DNA from: Flectonema sp. DT1601
Taxonomy: Eukaryota
Reading direction: 5' to 3'
NCBI GenBank assembly: GCA_964019425.1
Contig: OZ025805.1
Span: 930,001-994,000 of the forward strand
Length of the DNA: 64,000 nt
The notes beneath the pieces were generated by a model that searched no databases, was not told where the DNA came from, and saw nothing but the letters and a program-made list of their open reading frames with translations. Each line of letters begins with the position of its first letter. The first letter of the stretch is position 1. The translations under genes were made by a program, and so were the position numbers. This document shows, one piece after another, positions 22,016 through 32,951 of this stretch.

Positions 22016-23062
22016 ATGATGGAGCAGTCACCCTGCTCTACTTCGATGAATATAAAAGTAAAGATTAGCGGGGGTAAAGTTGTCGTGTTAGAAGGTTTAA
22101 CAGGAAGTGAACAAGTTGGAGATCTAGTAATAAAGGTTGCGGCACAGGTAGGTGTCCAAGGAGAAGAATGGACATGGGTTAAAGACAGAGTTGAGCTAAG
22201 CAGTAGCGGTAGTATTATCCAATGTGGACTTATGAATGGTGATATTGTCCGGATGATTACTCAGGAAACGTTAAGAAAAAGAAGACTTCGCCGTCGAAAT
22301 GGTACTCGAGTGGGAAGATCAGCATCGGTGAGTAGCACCTCAGAAGAAAATTCTCCAAAACACCTCCAAATTCGTATTAAGAGCAGCACGTCAAAGGTTC
22401 TTCGAATAAACGCAAACAGCTCAGATACAATGAATACTTTATTGAAGAAAGTAAAAGTAAAATGGACACTAACATCATCTGAAAGCTGTCTGGCTATTTT
22501 AAAGAGAGATGACGCACCACAATTAGTAACAATACCAGCCAACGACACTGTTGAGGATCGTCGGTTGACATCAAAGTCACTTTTGGTATTGGTATCCAGT
22601 AGTAAAAGTGTTCCTCCTTATCCAGCTGCTCTAACAGAAGTCTTTGAGGAAATATCTCTTCCTCCTCACCCAGGAAACGTCGATAAAGAACGCGGTGTAA
22701 AAATTAGGCTACTCGATGGAAAGACAATTAGACTCAGGAACATGACGTTTTCAAAGCATACTGCATCGTGTTTGTTTGAGGTGTTGAAAATGAAAACAGG
22801 TCATCCCCACTACAATGAACAACTAGCTTACTTAGGGGTTCCCTTAAAGAGTACTGCTACCCTTGAGGCTAATGGTGTTCCTTTTAATGAGACGATATCC
22901 TTACAAAGTACAGAACCTGAATCTCCAGAAATGGAGCGTCTTCCTTCAGTACTGTTGTCGAGGACTACATCTTCTAGTCCACTTTGTCAGTTTACACTTT
23001 GTTCTTTGTCTCCTATTTTCGGACCAATCATCCCTCCTACTGTCTCGTTACCTGCCTGCTGA
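22016..23062 (+). CDS. Protein with about three divergent ubiquitin-like domains
   Basis: Three beta-grasp-like segments: MNIKVKISGGKVVVL, LQIRIKSSTSKVLRI and VKIRLLDGKTIRL..EQLAYLGVPLKSTATLEANGV. Confidence 0.7.
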   Translation: MMEQSPCSTSMNIKVKISGGKVVVLEGLTGSEQVGDLVIKVAAQVGVQGEEWTWVKDRVELSSSGSIIQCGLMNGDIVRMITQETLRKRRLRRRNGTRVGRSASVSSTSEENSPKHLQIRIKSSTSKVLRINANSSDTMNTLLKKVKVKWTLTSSESCLAILKRDDAPQLVTIPANDTVEDRRLTSKSLLVLVSSSKSVPPYPAALTEVFEEISLPPHPGNVDKERGVKIRLLDGKTIRLRNMTFSKHTASCLFEVLKMKTGHPHYNEQLAYLGVPLKSTATLEANGVPFNETISLQSTEPESPEMERLPSVLLSRTTSSSPLCQFTLCSLSPIFGPIIPPTVSLPAC

Positions 23063-23115
23063 TCTTTTTTTTTTTTCTTCTTCTTTTTCCTTTTAATTCT
23101 CTCGACAAACTCTTG

Positions 23116-23150
<35 letters not shown>

Positions 23151-23575
23151 ACCGACAAAGTCGGAGAAGAAACACATTCAGATTAAGAGCCCTCGTTTAT
23201 TTTATTATTGTCATGTTATCTATTTCCCTGTGCTTCAGTAAAACTAGCTGCGGTCAACAATATATATAAGGCTTATCTGAATGGTTTTTTGAATGGTTTT
23301 TTTTATATTTTTTTTTTTTTTTTTGCCCGTACTTGAATAGATATGTATTATTTTTTTTTATTTTTTTATTCAAACAATAATTCATCCCTTTTGGTACCCC
23401 CACATGGGTTGTGAAGTTGTTGGCGCATCATTGATGTAGGTTTGCCCCTTGTTCGTGCATCGCTTTTTTTTTTCTTCTTTTTCTTTTGCTTATTTTGTAG
23501 TTTGGTCTTGACACTGGGAGTCTCTTAGGGTTTTAAACACCATCTAAGATTCCTTGCCTTTACTTTTTTTGTTCT

Positions 23576-23606
<31 letters not shown>

Positions 23607-23779
23607 CTTTCTCAGTGGGTCCTCACTGAGTCCAGTAGTAGCATCGCATTCTTTGGCTTCATAATGTTATTTTTTTCTTTCTGTTTGCTACATTTTTGTA
23701 GTATAATTGAATGTTATTTATTCTTTTGAAAAATCTTTTGACTGACTGCGTATTCATAAGGTATTATGATGCTGTTGAT

Positions 23780-23814
<35 letters not shown>

Positions 23815-24953
23815 CACTCTTTTTTGACAAATAACATTTGGATAAATGGATAAAAACAGAAAAAATATGTTTGAAATTACTCAAATTAGTTTTTTTTTAA
23901 AAAAAAAAAAATAAAAATAAAAATAAAATAAAATAAACAAGAAGAAGAAGTGCGCCTGTCGTAATAAATACGAAAAGAGGCAACTTGGATCCAGCTTTTT
24001 TGCATTTTATAAAGGCCATCGGTTTTTTTCTCAGATGGGGTTGCAACTGACGGGAACCAATAGCAACATATAACCATGTGTTTTCTTCCCGCAGCGAGAA
24101 AAGAGAAAAGTAGCAAGTTGGTTTTTTATTTTTACGAATTTAACTTAAGTTAGAAATCAGTCATTTTTATTTTATTTTTGAAGTTTCACTGAAGAGGGTT
24201 CGAGTGTAAACGGCTAAATTACTAAATTATTTATGTGTGTTTTGCAAGGGTTTTTGTTTCGTTTTTTGTTACAATCAAACAAACAATAATAGAAATATTT
24301 TTTTTGGAACGAAAAAAACTAATAAATTGCAATGACCCGCCAGTTCCCACCTGAAGATAGAGCTGGTAGGTGTCTACGAGTAGGGAACCCATTTACATGT
24401 ACGGTTTTTTATTTATATTTTTTTTTTTTTTTTTGGAATTCACAGAAAGAGTCGCGTCTGAGAGGATGTTATTACAAATACTACAATTCTTTTAATTTAT
24501 ATTACTTTTTTTTTTTTTGTCGCACTTTCCTTCAACCTTTCACTTTTTTTTTTTTTTTAAACCACAGAAAAACGAAGCTTGAGGGAGGGAAAAAAAATAA
24601 CTTAATAAAAAGCCTCTGATTCACAAGAGTGAGGCGGTTTTTTCAGTGCAAAAAAAAATAAATTAATAAAAAAAGTTGTTTTTTTTTCCCCTCTTCAAGC
24701 GATTCCTATCTAGCATATATATGGTCCCGAAAGGGTTCCCAGAGTTTTACAAAAAAAAAAAGGAAAGTATTTTTTTTATCGTCTTTTGTTCTGCAGATTT
24801 CTACAGGTCGGCATCGGTTCTTTTAAACAGAGTTAGTTGTAAGGTTTTTATAATAATAATTTAAATAATTTATTATTCTATAGCAAAGAGACGAGCCGAT
24901 TTTTTTTTTTTTTTTTTTTTTTTAGTAGTTTTTTTTTTTTTTTTAGTTATCAT

Positions 24954-25723
24954 CATAGATGGAAGTGCCCTACAATTTGGAGGGCGTGTAGGGCGCTTGT
25001 AGGGCGCTTTTAATATAAATATTATTTTGGAGGGCGCTTTTTTTTACCTTTTTTATTACTATAAGACAGCTAAATTGACGTCGACTTACACTGACGCACA
25101 AGTATTTTGACGCAGAATCCAAAAAAAAATTTTGACATGCTTGTCAGTCTTTCGAAAAAGAGAAAAAAGGGTGTCACGGGGTTCGAACCTGAGACCTCCA
25201 GGTCATGGTTCGGAGGTCAACAATGGCAAAAACAATGGGCTACTCCTTGAGAGCTTCCGGAGCCTGCTGCAATCCCTGAAGCTGAAACTCATTTCAGTGG
25301 ACGATGCATCCCAGATCTACAAGGAGCTGATTAGCCCGCAGAATGCACCGAGTCGAATATAGAGGGTTTCGAGGAGGGAGAGTGCGTTCTTACTAACCTG
25401 TTAATAGGCCGGTCTTCACGGTACCTTGTGAGAAAAAAAAGAAGTTTACTGGTGGCAAGTAAATTGATACCCCAGAGACGCATTTGATCGGGCGAACCGG
25501 AGAAAAGTCAAATAAGATGCGATTCGACCCTCGCTGAGGGCAGGGGTGTGTCAAAATGAGCTCGGCATTATATTAAATTTAATTAAAAAAGCGCCCTACG
25601 CGCCCTCCAGCGCCCTATTTTGGCCCTATTTTGGCCCTACAATGGCCCTATTTTGGCCCTACAAATTTTTGTGGCTGATTTTCACCAGGCGCCCTCCAAA
25701 TTTGGAGGGCACTTCCATCTATG
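24954..25723. mobile_element. Non-autonomous DNA transposon (MITE), 770 bp, with terminal inverted repeats and 6-bp target-site duplication
   Basis: Left TIR catagatggaagtgccctacaatttggagggcg, right TIR cgccctccaaatttggagggcacttccatctatg. TATCAT on both flanks (24948-24953, 25724-25729). Subterminal AGGGCG/CGCCCT arrays. No transposase ORF. Confidence 0.88.
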
Positions 25724-27373
25724 TATCATTATTATTTTTTTTTTTTTTTTTTAGTTATATCTTCCCTTGTTCGTAATTTCTTGCGTCTGACAGCGCCCAC
25801 ACAGTGATTCTTGTTGGTAGTGAGGAGTCGTCTAGGTGGATTTCTTGCGTACCTCTGTTGACGTCATTCAAAGTCGTGTCCAGTTGGTAGTCCGCTCAGA
25901 GGGCAGCTGTTCGATTCCGAATATTTCGGAAGTTAAGTTAAACCCCATGAAGAATAGGGATTGTCCTCTGCGATACAAAGCGAGGTTTCCCCGACTTCGA
26001 TAAAAATACATAAATTTGGTAGGATGCACTTTTTTTTTTTTTTTTTTCCTCTTCCCTCTGTGACCTCCGGGTGTCAGAGGTTGCGTTCTGTCAATCATTC
26101 ATTTCAGTTTTCTATCACATCCCTATATGTTTTGTTAAAGGCTTGAAAAAAGCCAAACCATATTGACTATGCGGCGTAAAGGGAGACGCTGGCATCGAAT
26201 TATTTTAGTAACCAGAGAGAGCTGGTGAAGGTATCAGCGCAGAGTTTCTCGTTCGTTTTTCGATCTATTTTGAATTTTTGTTGTTTTTTTTTTATTGTAA
26301 TTTGTTGATATATCTTCGCCAGATTCTTTGCTTGCTTCTTGATCAGATACTTGCTTTTCCCTTGATGCGTTTTTTTCTTTTTTCCCCCTCCTCTAGTTCT
26401 ATCGACAAGGAGAATGCTTTGTCTGCCCTAATTCAAACTCATTCTGTCTGCAGAAGTTTCACGGAAGACCACTGCAAGCGTCTCAATCAGGGAGGTTTTC
26501 ATTCTTTTTTTTTTTTTATTTATTTTTCTTCAAAAGTCTGATGAGATTTATCGTTGTGGATGTTTTTACCCAACCGTGTCCAATTGTTATAATAATGGGA
26601 TGAATCGTTGTTGTTTTTTTTTCTCTCTTTTCCCCTCCTTTGACTCTAAGTTTGAGACTTTCAGAGCAATTCTACCCTTTTATACATCTCTATCATTCCT
26701 TCCTTTACGTCCACTGCGTTGAAAAACGTGGTGCTTATGCTATGTGCTGTTTAGTTGTTTTTTTTCCCTTCTTTTTTATTTTTTTATTTTTCTTTTTTGA
26801 ATGTTTTATTTTGTTCTCACCTCTCCCTTTGCTAATGACTCGGCACTCTTGGTAACGTTGACTAAAGTGTGTCTGTGTGTGTGTGTGTTGTGTGTATGTG
26901 TAAGCTAGGGACAGAAAAATTGGACTGGCGCTGCAGACTTAGAATAGCTCCGCACTAAATGAAAGAAATATCTAAATTAAAACTTTCTGTCGATTTTTTT
27001 GCAAAATCACTTTTTCCGCCAAGACTAAGGAAAGAAGGATCCGCAATTATTGTGTTTGAGAGTTCGAAGGAATAAAATGAAAGAAAAAAAAAATAAAAAA
27101 AAAAACAAAAAACAAAAAAAATTCTTTCTTTTTTTTTCCCCTGGTGCTTGCGTTTGTTATTCTTGTAGTGTGTCAGTCAAATTACTGTCTTCCATAGTCC
27201 TTATTAAGTTGCGTTGATTTGGTATTTTTTAACTTTTTCAAGAAAGGCACAAGTTAATTATTTCACACAGGTCATCATCCAAAACACAAAATCAAGTATC
27301 CCGTCATAGTCTTCTGTTTTTTTTGTTATTTATCTTTCTTAGCCCCCGTCTAGTCTCACCAAACGATGTGACG

Positions 27374-29137
27374 ATGTCGAACGTACAACAACATTTAATG
27401 AAAACACTATTTTTGTTAGCGCTGTTGGTTGATGAATGTAATGCTGCTGGAGGAGTCAGCATATTTAAATTGGGAACGAGAATAGATGCGAAAGCGTGGA
27501 CTGTAATGGGAATGTACTTCGCTGTATTTTTAATTACAATCGTACTTGAGCTGACTGTTCATTATATGCATCACGCTGTGAGCTCATCTTCAGGACAGGC
27601 GATTGTTCATCACGTTACTACTGAAGTAATGATTCTCGGAGGCATTAGTGCTGTTTTAGTTGTTTTTGAAAACATGGGAGGAGGAGCGCTAATCGACGCG
27701 GCTCTATTCCATTACGTTCATTTCGTAATATTTTTAATGGCAATCATATTCATTACCACCGTGAGTTCTCTTTTTATTTTCGTAGAGAAATCTTGGGCTC
27801 GTTGGGTTCGATTTGAGAATGGTCTTCAGGCTATCGAAACAGATCCAACGTTACCACCTGCATGCAAGTCCGCATTTATGTTGAAATATGTGAAATCGAC
27901 TTCTTCGGGTGAGAGAATGACCTCTGCAATAATTTATTTCAAGGCTAGTCTGCCAGAAAAAATTAGAGATGTTTCATTTTCTCGTTATATGATGAAACAA
28001 CAGAGAAGGTTTATGATTCACTTTCTCGATTTGCATGTGAGTTCGTGGTCGTTGTTGGGATTGTTATGTCTGGCTTCTGCTGTTGTGACCGGAGTGGTGA
28101 ATGAAATTAGTGATAACCCTCTTGCCGTTATCGCTATGTGGGTCTTGATAGTCGGCTTTGGTTGTCTTCTTCTTATTATCGTTTTGTACTTTAAAATTAG
28201 AAAAGAGTTTGCTGACTTTGCTTTAATGGTTCAGGCTGTTCAAATTCACGGAGAAGCCCCTCGCCGTCAATCAAAACACTTTTGGATATCACCCCAAGTG
28301 ATGACAAAAATAATGCAAACAGTTTTTCTCTACCAAGTATTCTTCTTAGCAACTGCCATTAGTAATTTTATGTACCGTTTGGCACAAGAAGGTGGTGGTG
28401 AAGGAATCTCTCTGATGGTTCTTTGTATTATACCATATCTCTTAATATTCTACGTCATCGTCCCTAGGTTACTTCCTGACTTCACTGTGCTTGCTTCACT
28501 TGGTGAATACTTAGACCATGATACCTGTTTCTTTATTATGCAAGCAGACAAGGCCTCAGGAAAGTACCGTCGTCATTGGAATCGAGAAGCTCAAATGAGA
28601 AGACCCTCAAAATTTCTGGGAGCATCGTCAGGTGTTTTAATCGCTAAGGAAAAACAACCACCGTACCCAAGGTTATCAGAAGAAGAAGAGGAAAGTACAT
28701 TGTGTTTAGAATGTGCAATTACAACGGCAGCGGTATTATGTCAAGATTGTGGATACCTCTGCGCGGAATGTGATAATGACTATCACAGACTTAAGAAATG
28801 CCACACTCACACACGTGAATTTATTGGACAAGCAGCCGTTGATATAATAGCCAACGAACAGGGTGAAAAACCAAAATCGACTTTCCAACGTCTTCTCGAA
28901 CTCCGCGAGAACAAAGAACGAATCCGACTTGGTATCGCAAAAGCAGAAGATGTCGACATCCCTGAAGTACTGGTACCGAAAAAGGAAGAAGAGCCTGAGG
29001 AAGACACTCCAAAAAAAAGAAATCGTTCAGAGGAACGTAGAAAACGTAAAGAACGTCACCGCCGTAAGAAAATGGCTGCCAGTTCTGATGAGACGACGGA
29101 GATGACTAGTTTAGTTGGTTCTGAAAGTAGAGATTAA
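27374..29137 (+). CDS. MLO-family multi-pass membrane protein with C-terminal B-box zinc finger
   Basis: MLO-like motifs ITIVLELTVHY, TEVMILGGISAVL, HYVHFVIFLMA and FSRYM, about 7 TM helices, then CLEC..AAVLCQDC..LCAECDNDYH..H.R (B-box). First ATG at 27374. Confidence 0.75.
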   Translation: MSNVQQHLMKTLFLLALLVDECNAAGGVSIFKLGTRIDAKAWTVMGMYFAVFLITIVLELTVHYMHHAVSSSSGQAIVHHVTTEVMILGGISAVLVVFENMGGGALIDAALFHYVHFVIFLMAIIFITTVSSLFIFVEKSWARWVRFENGLQAIETDPTLPPACKSAFMLKYVKSTSSGERMTSAIIYFKASLPEKIRDVSFSRYMMKQQRRFMIHFLDLHVSSWSLLGLLCLASAVVTGVVNEISDNPLAVIAMWVLIVGFGCLLLIIVLYFKIRKEFADFALMVQAVQIHGEAPRRQSKHFWISPQVMTKIMQTVFLYQVFFLATAISNFMYRLAQEGGGEGISLMVLCIIPYLLIFYVIVPRLLPDFTVLASLGEYLDHDTCFFIMQADKASGKYRRHWNREAQMRRPSKFLGASSGVLIAKEKQPPYPRLSEEEEESTLCLECAITTAAVLCQDCGYLCAECDNDYHRLKKCHTHTREFIGQAAVDIIANEQGEKPKSTFQRLLELRENKERIRLGIAKAEDVDIPEVLVPKKEEEPEEDTPKKRNRSEERRKRKERHRRKKMAASSDETTEMTSLVGSESRD

Positions 29138-29472
29138 TACCTTTCTTCAATTCACTGGCCAACCGTTTCGTGAAGATTAGTAAGGGATCCTTGTTTTATG
29201 ATCGATTTGCGGACTATGTAGGTTCTCACTTTAATAAGACGAGCGTTTAGGCACATCTTCCAGACAACAAGTAAATTAGATTTACAGGCGGCAGATTCAC
29301 TGATGGTGGTGATCTTACAAAACGCAAGAATCTTGCGAATTTTCCCATTCTCTCCATTTTCTTATGCGCAGCACACTTGTCATTTGCTTGAGAGAGTGTC
29401 ATAATTTTTTCTTTTCCATATTTTGTCCACAGTTGTGGACTGCAGATAAATGAGGTGGAAAATAGTAAAAAA

Positions 29473-29578
29473 AAAAAGGTGATACTTTCTCGATTAATGC
29501 GTGTCATCCTTGCGCAGGGACCATGCTAATCTTCTCTGTATCGATCCAATTTTAACGGATGTCCCATTGCTGGGCTCC
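29473..29578 (-). ncRNA. U6: U6 spliceosomal snRNA
   Basis: Minus strand reads GGAGCCCAGCAATGGGACATCCGTTAAAATTGGATCGATACAGAGAAGATTAGCATGGTCCCTGCGCAAGGATGACACGCATTAATCGAGAAAGTATCACC-TTTTT, with the ACAGAGA box, AGC triad, internal stem-loop and Pol III T-run. Confidence 0.97.
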
Positions 29579-29645
29579 AAATAACATGCGAGTGACCACC
29601 AAGTGGGCCCGAAAATCGGATCCGACAGAAAAAATGACCCGGGTC

Positions 29646-29655
29646 GGAATCGAAC
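29646..29655 (-). promoter_or_regulatory. Pol III B-box upstream of U6
   Basis: GTTCGATTCC on the minus strand, about 68 nt upstream of the U6 5' end. Confidence 0.55.
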
Positions 29656-30025
29656 TGGACGGTTTCGTTTTTTTATAAAAAAAATATTAAAGAAAACATT
29701 AAAAAAAAACCCCCATACAAAAACCCTTGTTCAAGTGGAAGTGTGTTTGGTTGTGACACAGCTGAAAAGTGTGACACATCATCTTTTGTCGCATTGTTCA
29801 AAAGGAAGTGAGAAACAAAGTCAGCAAAAATCATGTTTGTTTTAGTAATTCGGTTTTTCTCGTCTTTCCCGTTTTTCTTTCCCCCTCAACGACTCCCACA
29901 AGCTTCGTTTCTAGTTACCTACGTTTATGAAGAAGTGCAGTTTTTTTTTTTGTGCATCTGTGAAGGTAGTTGGTTGCTTTCGGGATAACGTTTTATGCTC
30001 TTCAATCACTTCAGGTACTCTCAAT

Positions 30026-32389
30026 ATGCCAATTCCGACGGGTATAACAAGCCCCGAGCGGTGGGAAAATCTGAGAGCGATTCAGGCAAAGCAAACCACG
30101 CCGATAAATGCTTATACTCCAATACCACACGCAGCGATCCCTCCTCTGCCACTTCCTGTTCTTGTTGGCACTCCCACTGCTGCTGCTGTGCGAGCATCGA
30201 AGATGGTGACAATGTCTCCTCCCGTGAAGGGGTTTAGAAGAGTTGCAACACCACTAAGTGTTCTTATTGCTGTAGAGAAGTCAACTATCAGAGGAATGCT
30301 ACAGAGGTTTTGGTTTACATGGAAAAGTTATAAATACCTGAAGAACTCTCGCAGGACTGTAGATCAACAGCAACTCTTAGCGACAGTTGAACGAAGTGGA
30401 GAGGAGATGAGTGCTCTGCAAAATCGACTGGGGAAGGCTATCGCTAGAGAAATTGAACTTGAGAGGTTGTTAGAAAAACAAACATCAACACACACTCAAG
30501 AAACGAGTACTATGGAAGTTAACTACAATCAACTGCAACAGGAACTTACCCAGTTGAAGGAAACCCTTTCGACTGCTACCACAAGTTTTGGAGAACTTGA
30601 AGAAGATTTGGCATCGATGGAATCTGCAAAGTCAAAAGTTGATAATCACAACACTCAACTTACTTCTGAGATTATTTCTTTACGAACTGAATTAGAGACA
30701 AAGGAACAGAACTTAGCAGCTGTATGTGATTCCACTGAGAAGTCTGAACAACGAGCTGAAGCTCTCAACTCTGAATTAACAAACATGCGATCACAACTTG
30801 AAACAATCTCAAATGATCATCACAACCTTCAAGTTTCAGAAAATAGTCTTCGAAGAGAACACGAAACAGTCAAGTCTCAACATAGCGCAATTACGACTGT
30901 AATGGAAAGACTTAGTGAGGGTGAACAGTCTCTTAAAGATCAGGTCTCAGCTCTACTACAAGAGGTAACTTTATTAAAAAATCAACACTCATCGGAAATA
31001 AACAATTTAGAAACAACAATATCAGACCTAAGACGAAGTAGAGACCAACAAGAAGAGATGCATAAAGCACGAATGCAATTCAAAGATCAAGAAGCAACTC
31101 AACAAGTACAAACATTGACGCTTGTCAGTGATAGAGAAGCCAGTTTGTTAGGACAAGTATCAGAATTAAAACAATGCATCAACACCTTAGAACATGAAAG
31201 GAGAGACTTGATTTCTAACCAGGCGATAGAATTATCAAAAGCAGCGTCGTCAACTACCGATAATGTCTTAAAATTACAGAAACGTCTTGGAGAGGCTACT
31301 GCTGACATTGCTGAAGGAAGTGCCACCCACAAACGAGAAATTCTTCACTTAAATAAGTCAAATCAGATCACTGAAGAGTCCCTGCAGAGGTTAATAATTT
31401 CGAAACAAGAGTCTAGCGAGTTAGATGTTATAAAAAATAATTTAATGTCTCAGCTTCCAATTTCAAAAGAACCATCGGCTGAAACTCAATTCGCTGATGA
31501 ATTATTTCCTTCAGATACTGCTGTTAGTGTTGTAGCAGCTCCAGTATTAGCGAGTCCTCCAGGGTTTTATGAAGGAATTGAACACCATTTAAGTGTTGCT
31601 GTTGGTGGAGTTCCTCCTCCACATGCTGTTGAGTACTTATTGTCACCTCATTCAGGTATCTCATCTCCAGTTCCTGTTCCTCCGTTTCGTGACGTTATTT
31701 CAGTTACTCCGGAACCTGTTAGGTCTGCAGCACCAGCACCGATACTGTTTGATAATTTGTTTGATAATGTGAGGGAATATGTTCCTCCCCTACCTGCTGT
31801 TGTTCCACCTGTTCAGATGTTACCAGTTGTGTACCAATCGACTGAACTTCCAATGTTATCATCGACACAGCAGCTGTCACATGCCATCGGCACACAGTTG
31901 GTGTCAGAAGGTATATCGTCACCAATGTCACAAGTTGGTTCTGTTATTCCACTACCAGTTCCTATTCAAGCTGTTGAAAGTTCCATTCAAAACCACGTCA
32001 GAGTTCCTTCACACCTCACAGATCATCGAAGTGTTCCGATGGAATTAAAAATTAGCACACCTGCAGTACCAAGTGCTTCTGGAAGTTATGTTTTGTCGGG
32101 AGTTGAATGTCCTCTTCGTGGACTTCCTGTTTGGACTTGTGGTGAAAAAAGATTATTTGCAGGTACTGGAGGTCGGTGGTTAATTGGAGCCTGCCAAGCA
32201 TCAGTTGATAAAAACAGAGGTTGTATCAGAAGTACATCTCTTCATAGTAATCGTCTTCCTCATCATATCGAAGGTTGGGAAACAGCTGATGGAAAAGGTG
32301 GCTGGACTCCTACTTTCATTCAAGTCGTCTCCAGAGGAGCCTTAGAACTCACCTCTTTATGGGCACCTGCTTCATTAAGCTTGCCGTAA
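30026..32389 (+). CDS. Long coiled-coil protein with Pro-rich region and small Trp/Gly-rich C-terminal domain
   Basis: Heptad-rich central region and C-terminal GSYVL..GLPVW..RLF..GRWLIG..RLPH..W. Start taken at MPIPTG after a cag acceptor-like site; the ORF-track start is 29927. Confidence 0.8.
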   Translation: MPIPTGITSPERWENLRAIQAKQTTPINAYTPIPHAAIPPLPLPVLVGTPTAAAVRASKMVTMSPPVKGFRRVATPLSVLIAVEKSTIRGMLQRFWFTWKSYKYLKNSRRTVDQQQLLATVERSGEEMSALQNRLGKAIAREIELERLLEKQTSTHTQETSTMEVNYNQLQQELTQLKETLSTATTSFGELEEDLASMESAKSKVDNHNTQLTSEIISLRTELETKEQNLAAVCDSTEKSEQRAEALNSELTNMRSQLETISNDHHNLQVSENSLRREHETVKSQHSAITTVMERLSEGEQSLKDQVSALLQEVTLLKNQHSSEINNLETTISDLRRSRDQQEEMHKARMQFKDQEATQQVQTLTLVSDREASLLGQVSELKQCINTLEHERRDLISNQAIELSKAASSTTDNVLKLQKRLGEATADIAEGSATHKREILHLNKSNQITEESLQRLIISKQESSELDVIKNNLMSQLPISKEPSAETQFADELFPSDTAVSVVAAPVLASPPGFYEGIEHHLSVAVGGVPPPHAVEYLLSPHSGISSPVPVPPFRDVISVTPEPVRSAAPAPILFDNLFDNVREYVPPLPAVVPPVQMLPVVYQSTELPMLSSTQQLSHAIGTQLVSEGISSPMSQVGSVIPLPVPIQAVESSIQNHVRVPSHLTDHRSVPMELKISTPAVPSASGSYVLSGVECPLRGLPVWTCGEKRLFAGTGGRWLIGACQASVDKNRGCIRSTSLHSNRLPHHIEGWETADGKGGWTPTFIQVVSRGALELTSLWAPASLSLP

Positions 32390-32951
32390 GTTTGTTTGTT
32401 TCACGCAAAATAGAAAGCTGTTTTTTAGATATTTCTGTTTGTTTTGGTTTTGTTACCCAGTATTGTTCATCAAGAGCATGTCCATTATTATAAAAAATCT
32501 TTCCTGTACCTGTTTATTTTCTTTTTTTTTGCATTTAACAAATATTGTAAGAGCTAAAAAAAGAATGTTGGGGGCAGCACACGTAAACCTCCTTTAGCTT
32601 TATCAGTTTAAATCGGCTCACGGGTTTCGTGACACAAAACACAAACACAAAATGTACCGACTGTTCGAAAGGATCGCCTGTTACGAGTAGACTAACGATG
32701 TGTTTCCGATGGAGCAAAGAAAGAGAAGAACCGTCTCACCCGACGAGACCATTCCCCTGTCCAGATGGTTACCTGACACAGGGATCTAATAATCACTTTT
32801 TCCTTAACAGCGAGGATGACATTATCAGAACTCCCCTCAGTGGGCGTTAATCTCAATAAATTAGAAATAAATTCTCTGTTTAGATAAAACTTATTTTGCA
32901 CGTTAATCTAATCATACTCCACTCCAAGCCATTTTTATCAGGCGAGGTAAA

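Noticed and set aside
25905..25935. GTTCGATTCC B-box-like motif with a small hairpin
   Set aside because: No cloverleaf, A-box or terminator context found.
22984..27000. Many short Phe/Lys-rich ORFs on both strands
   Set aside because: Translations of poly(T)/poly(A) intergenic tracts.
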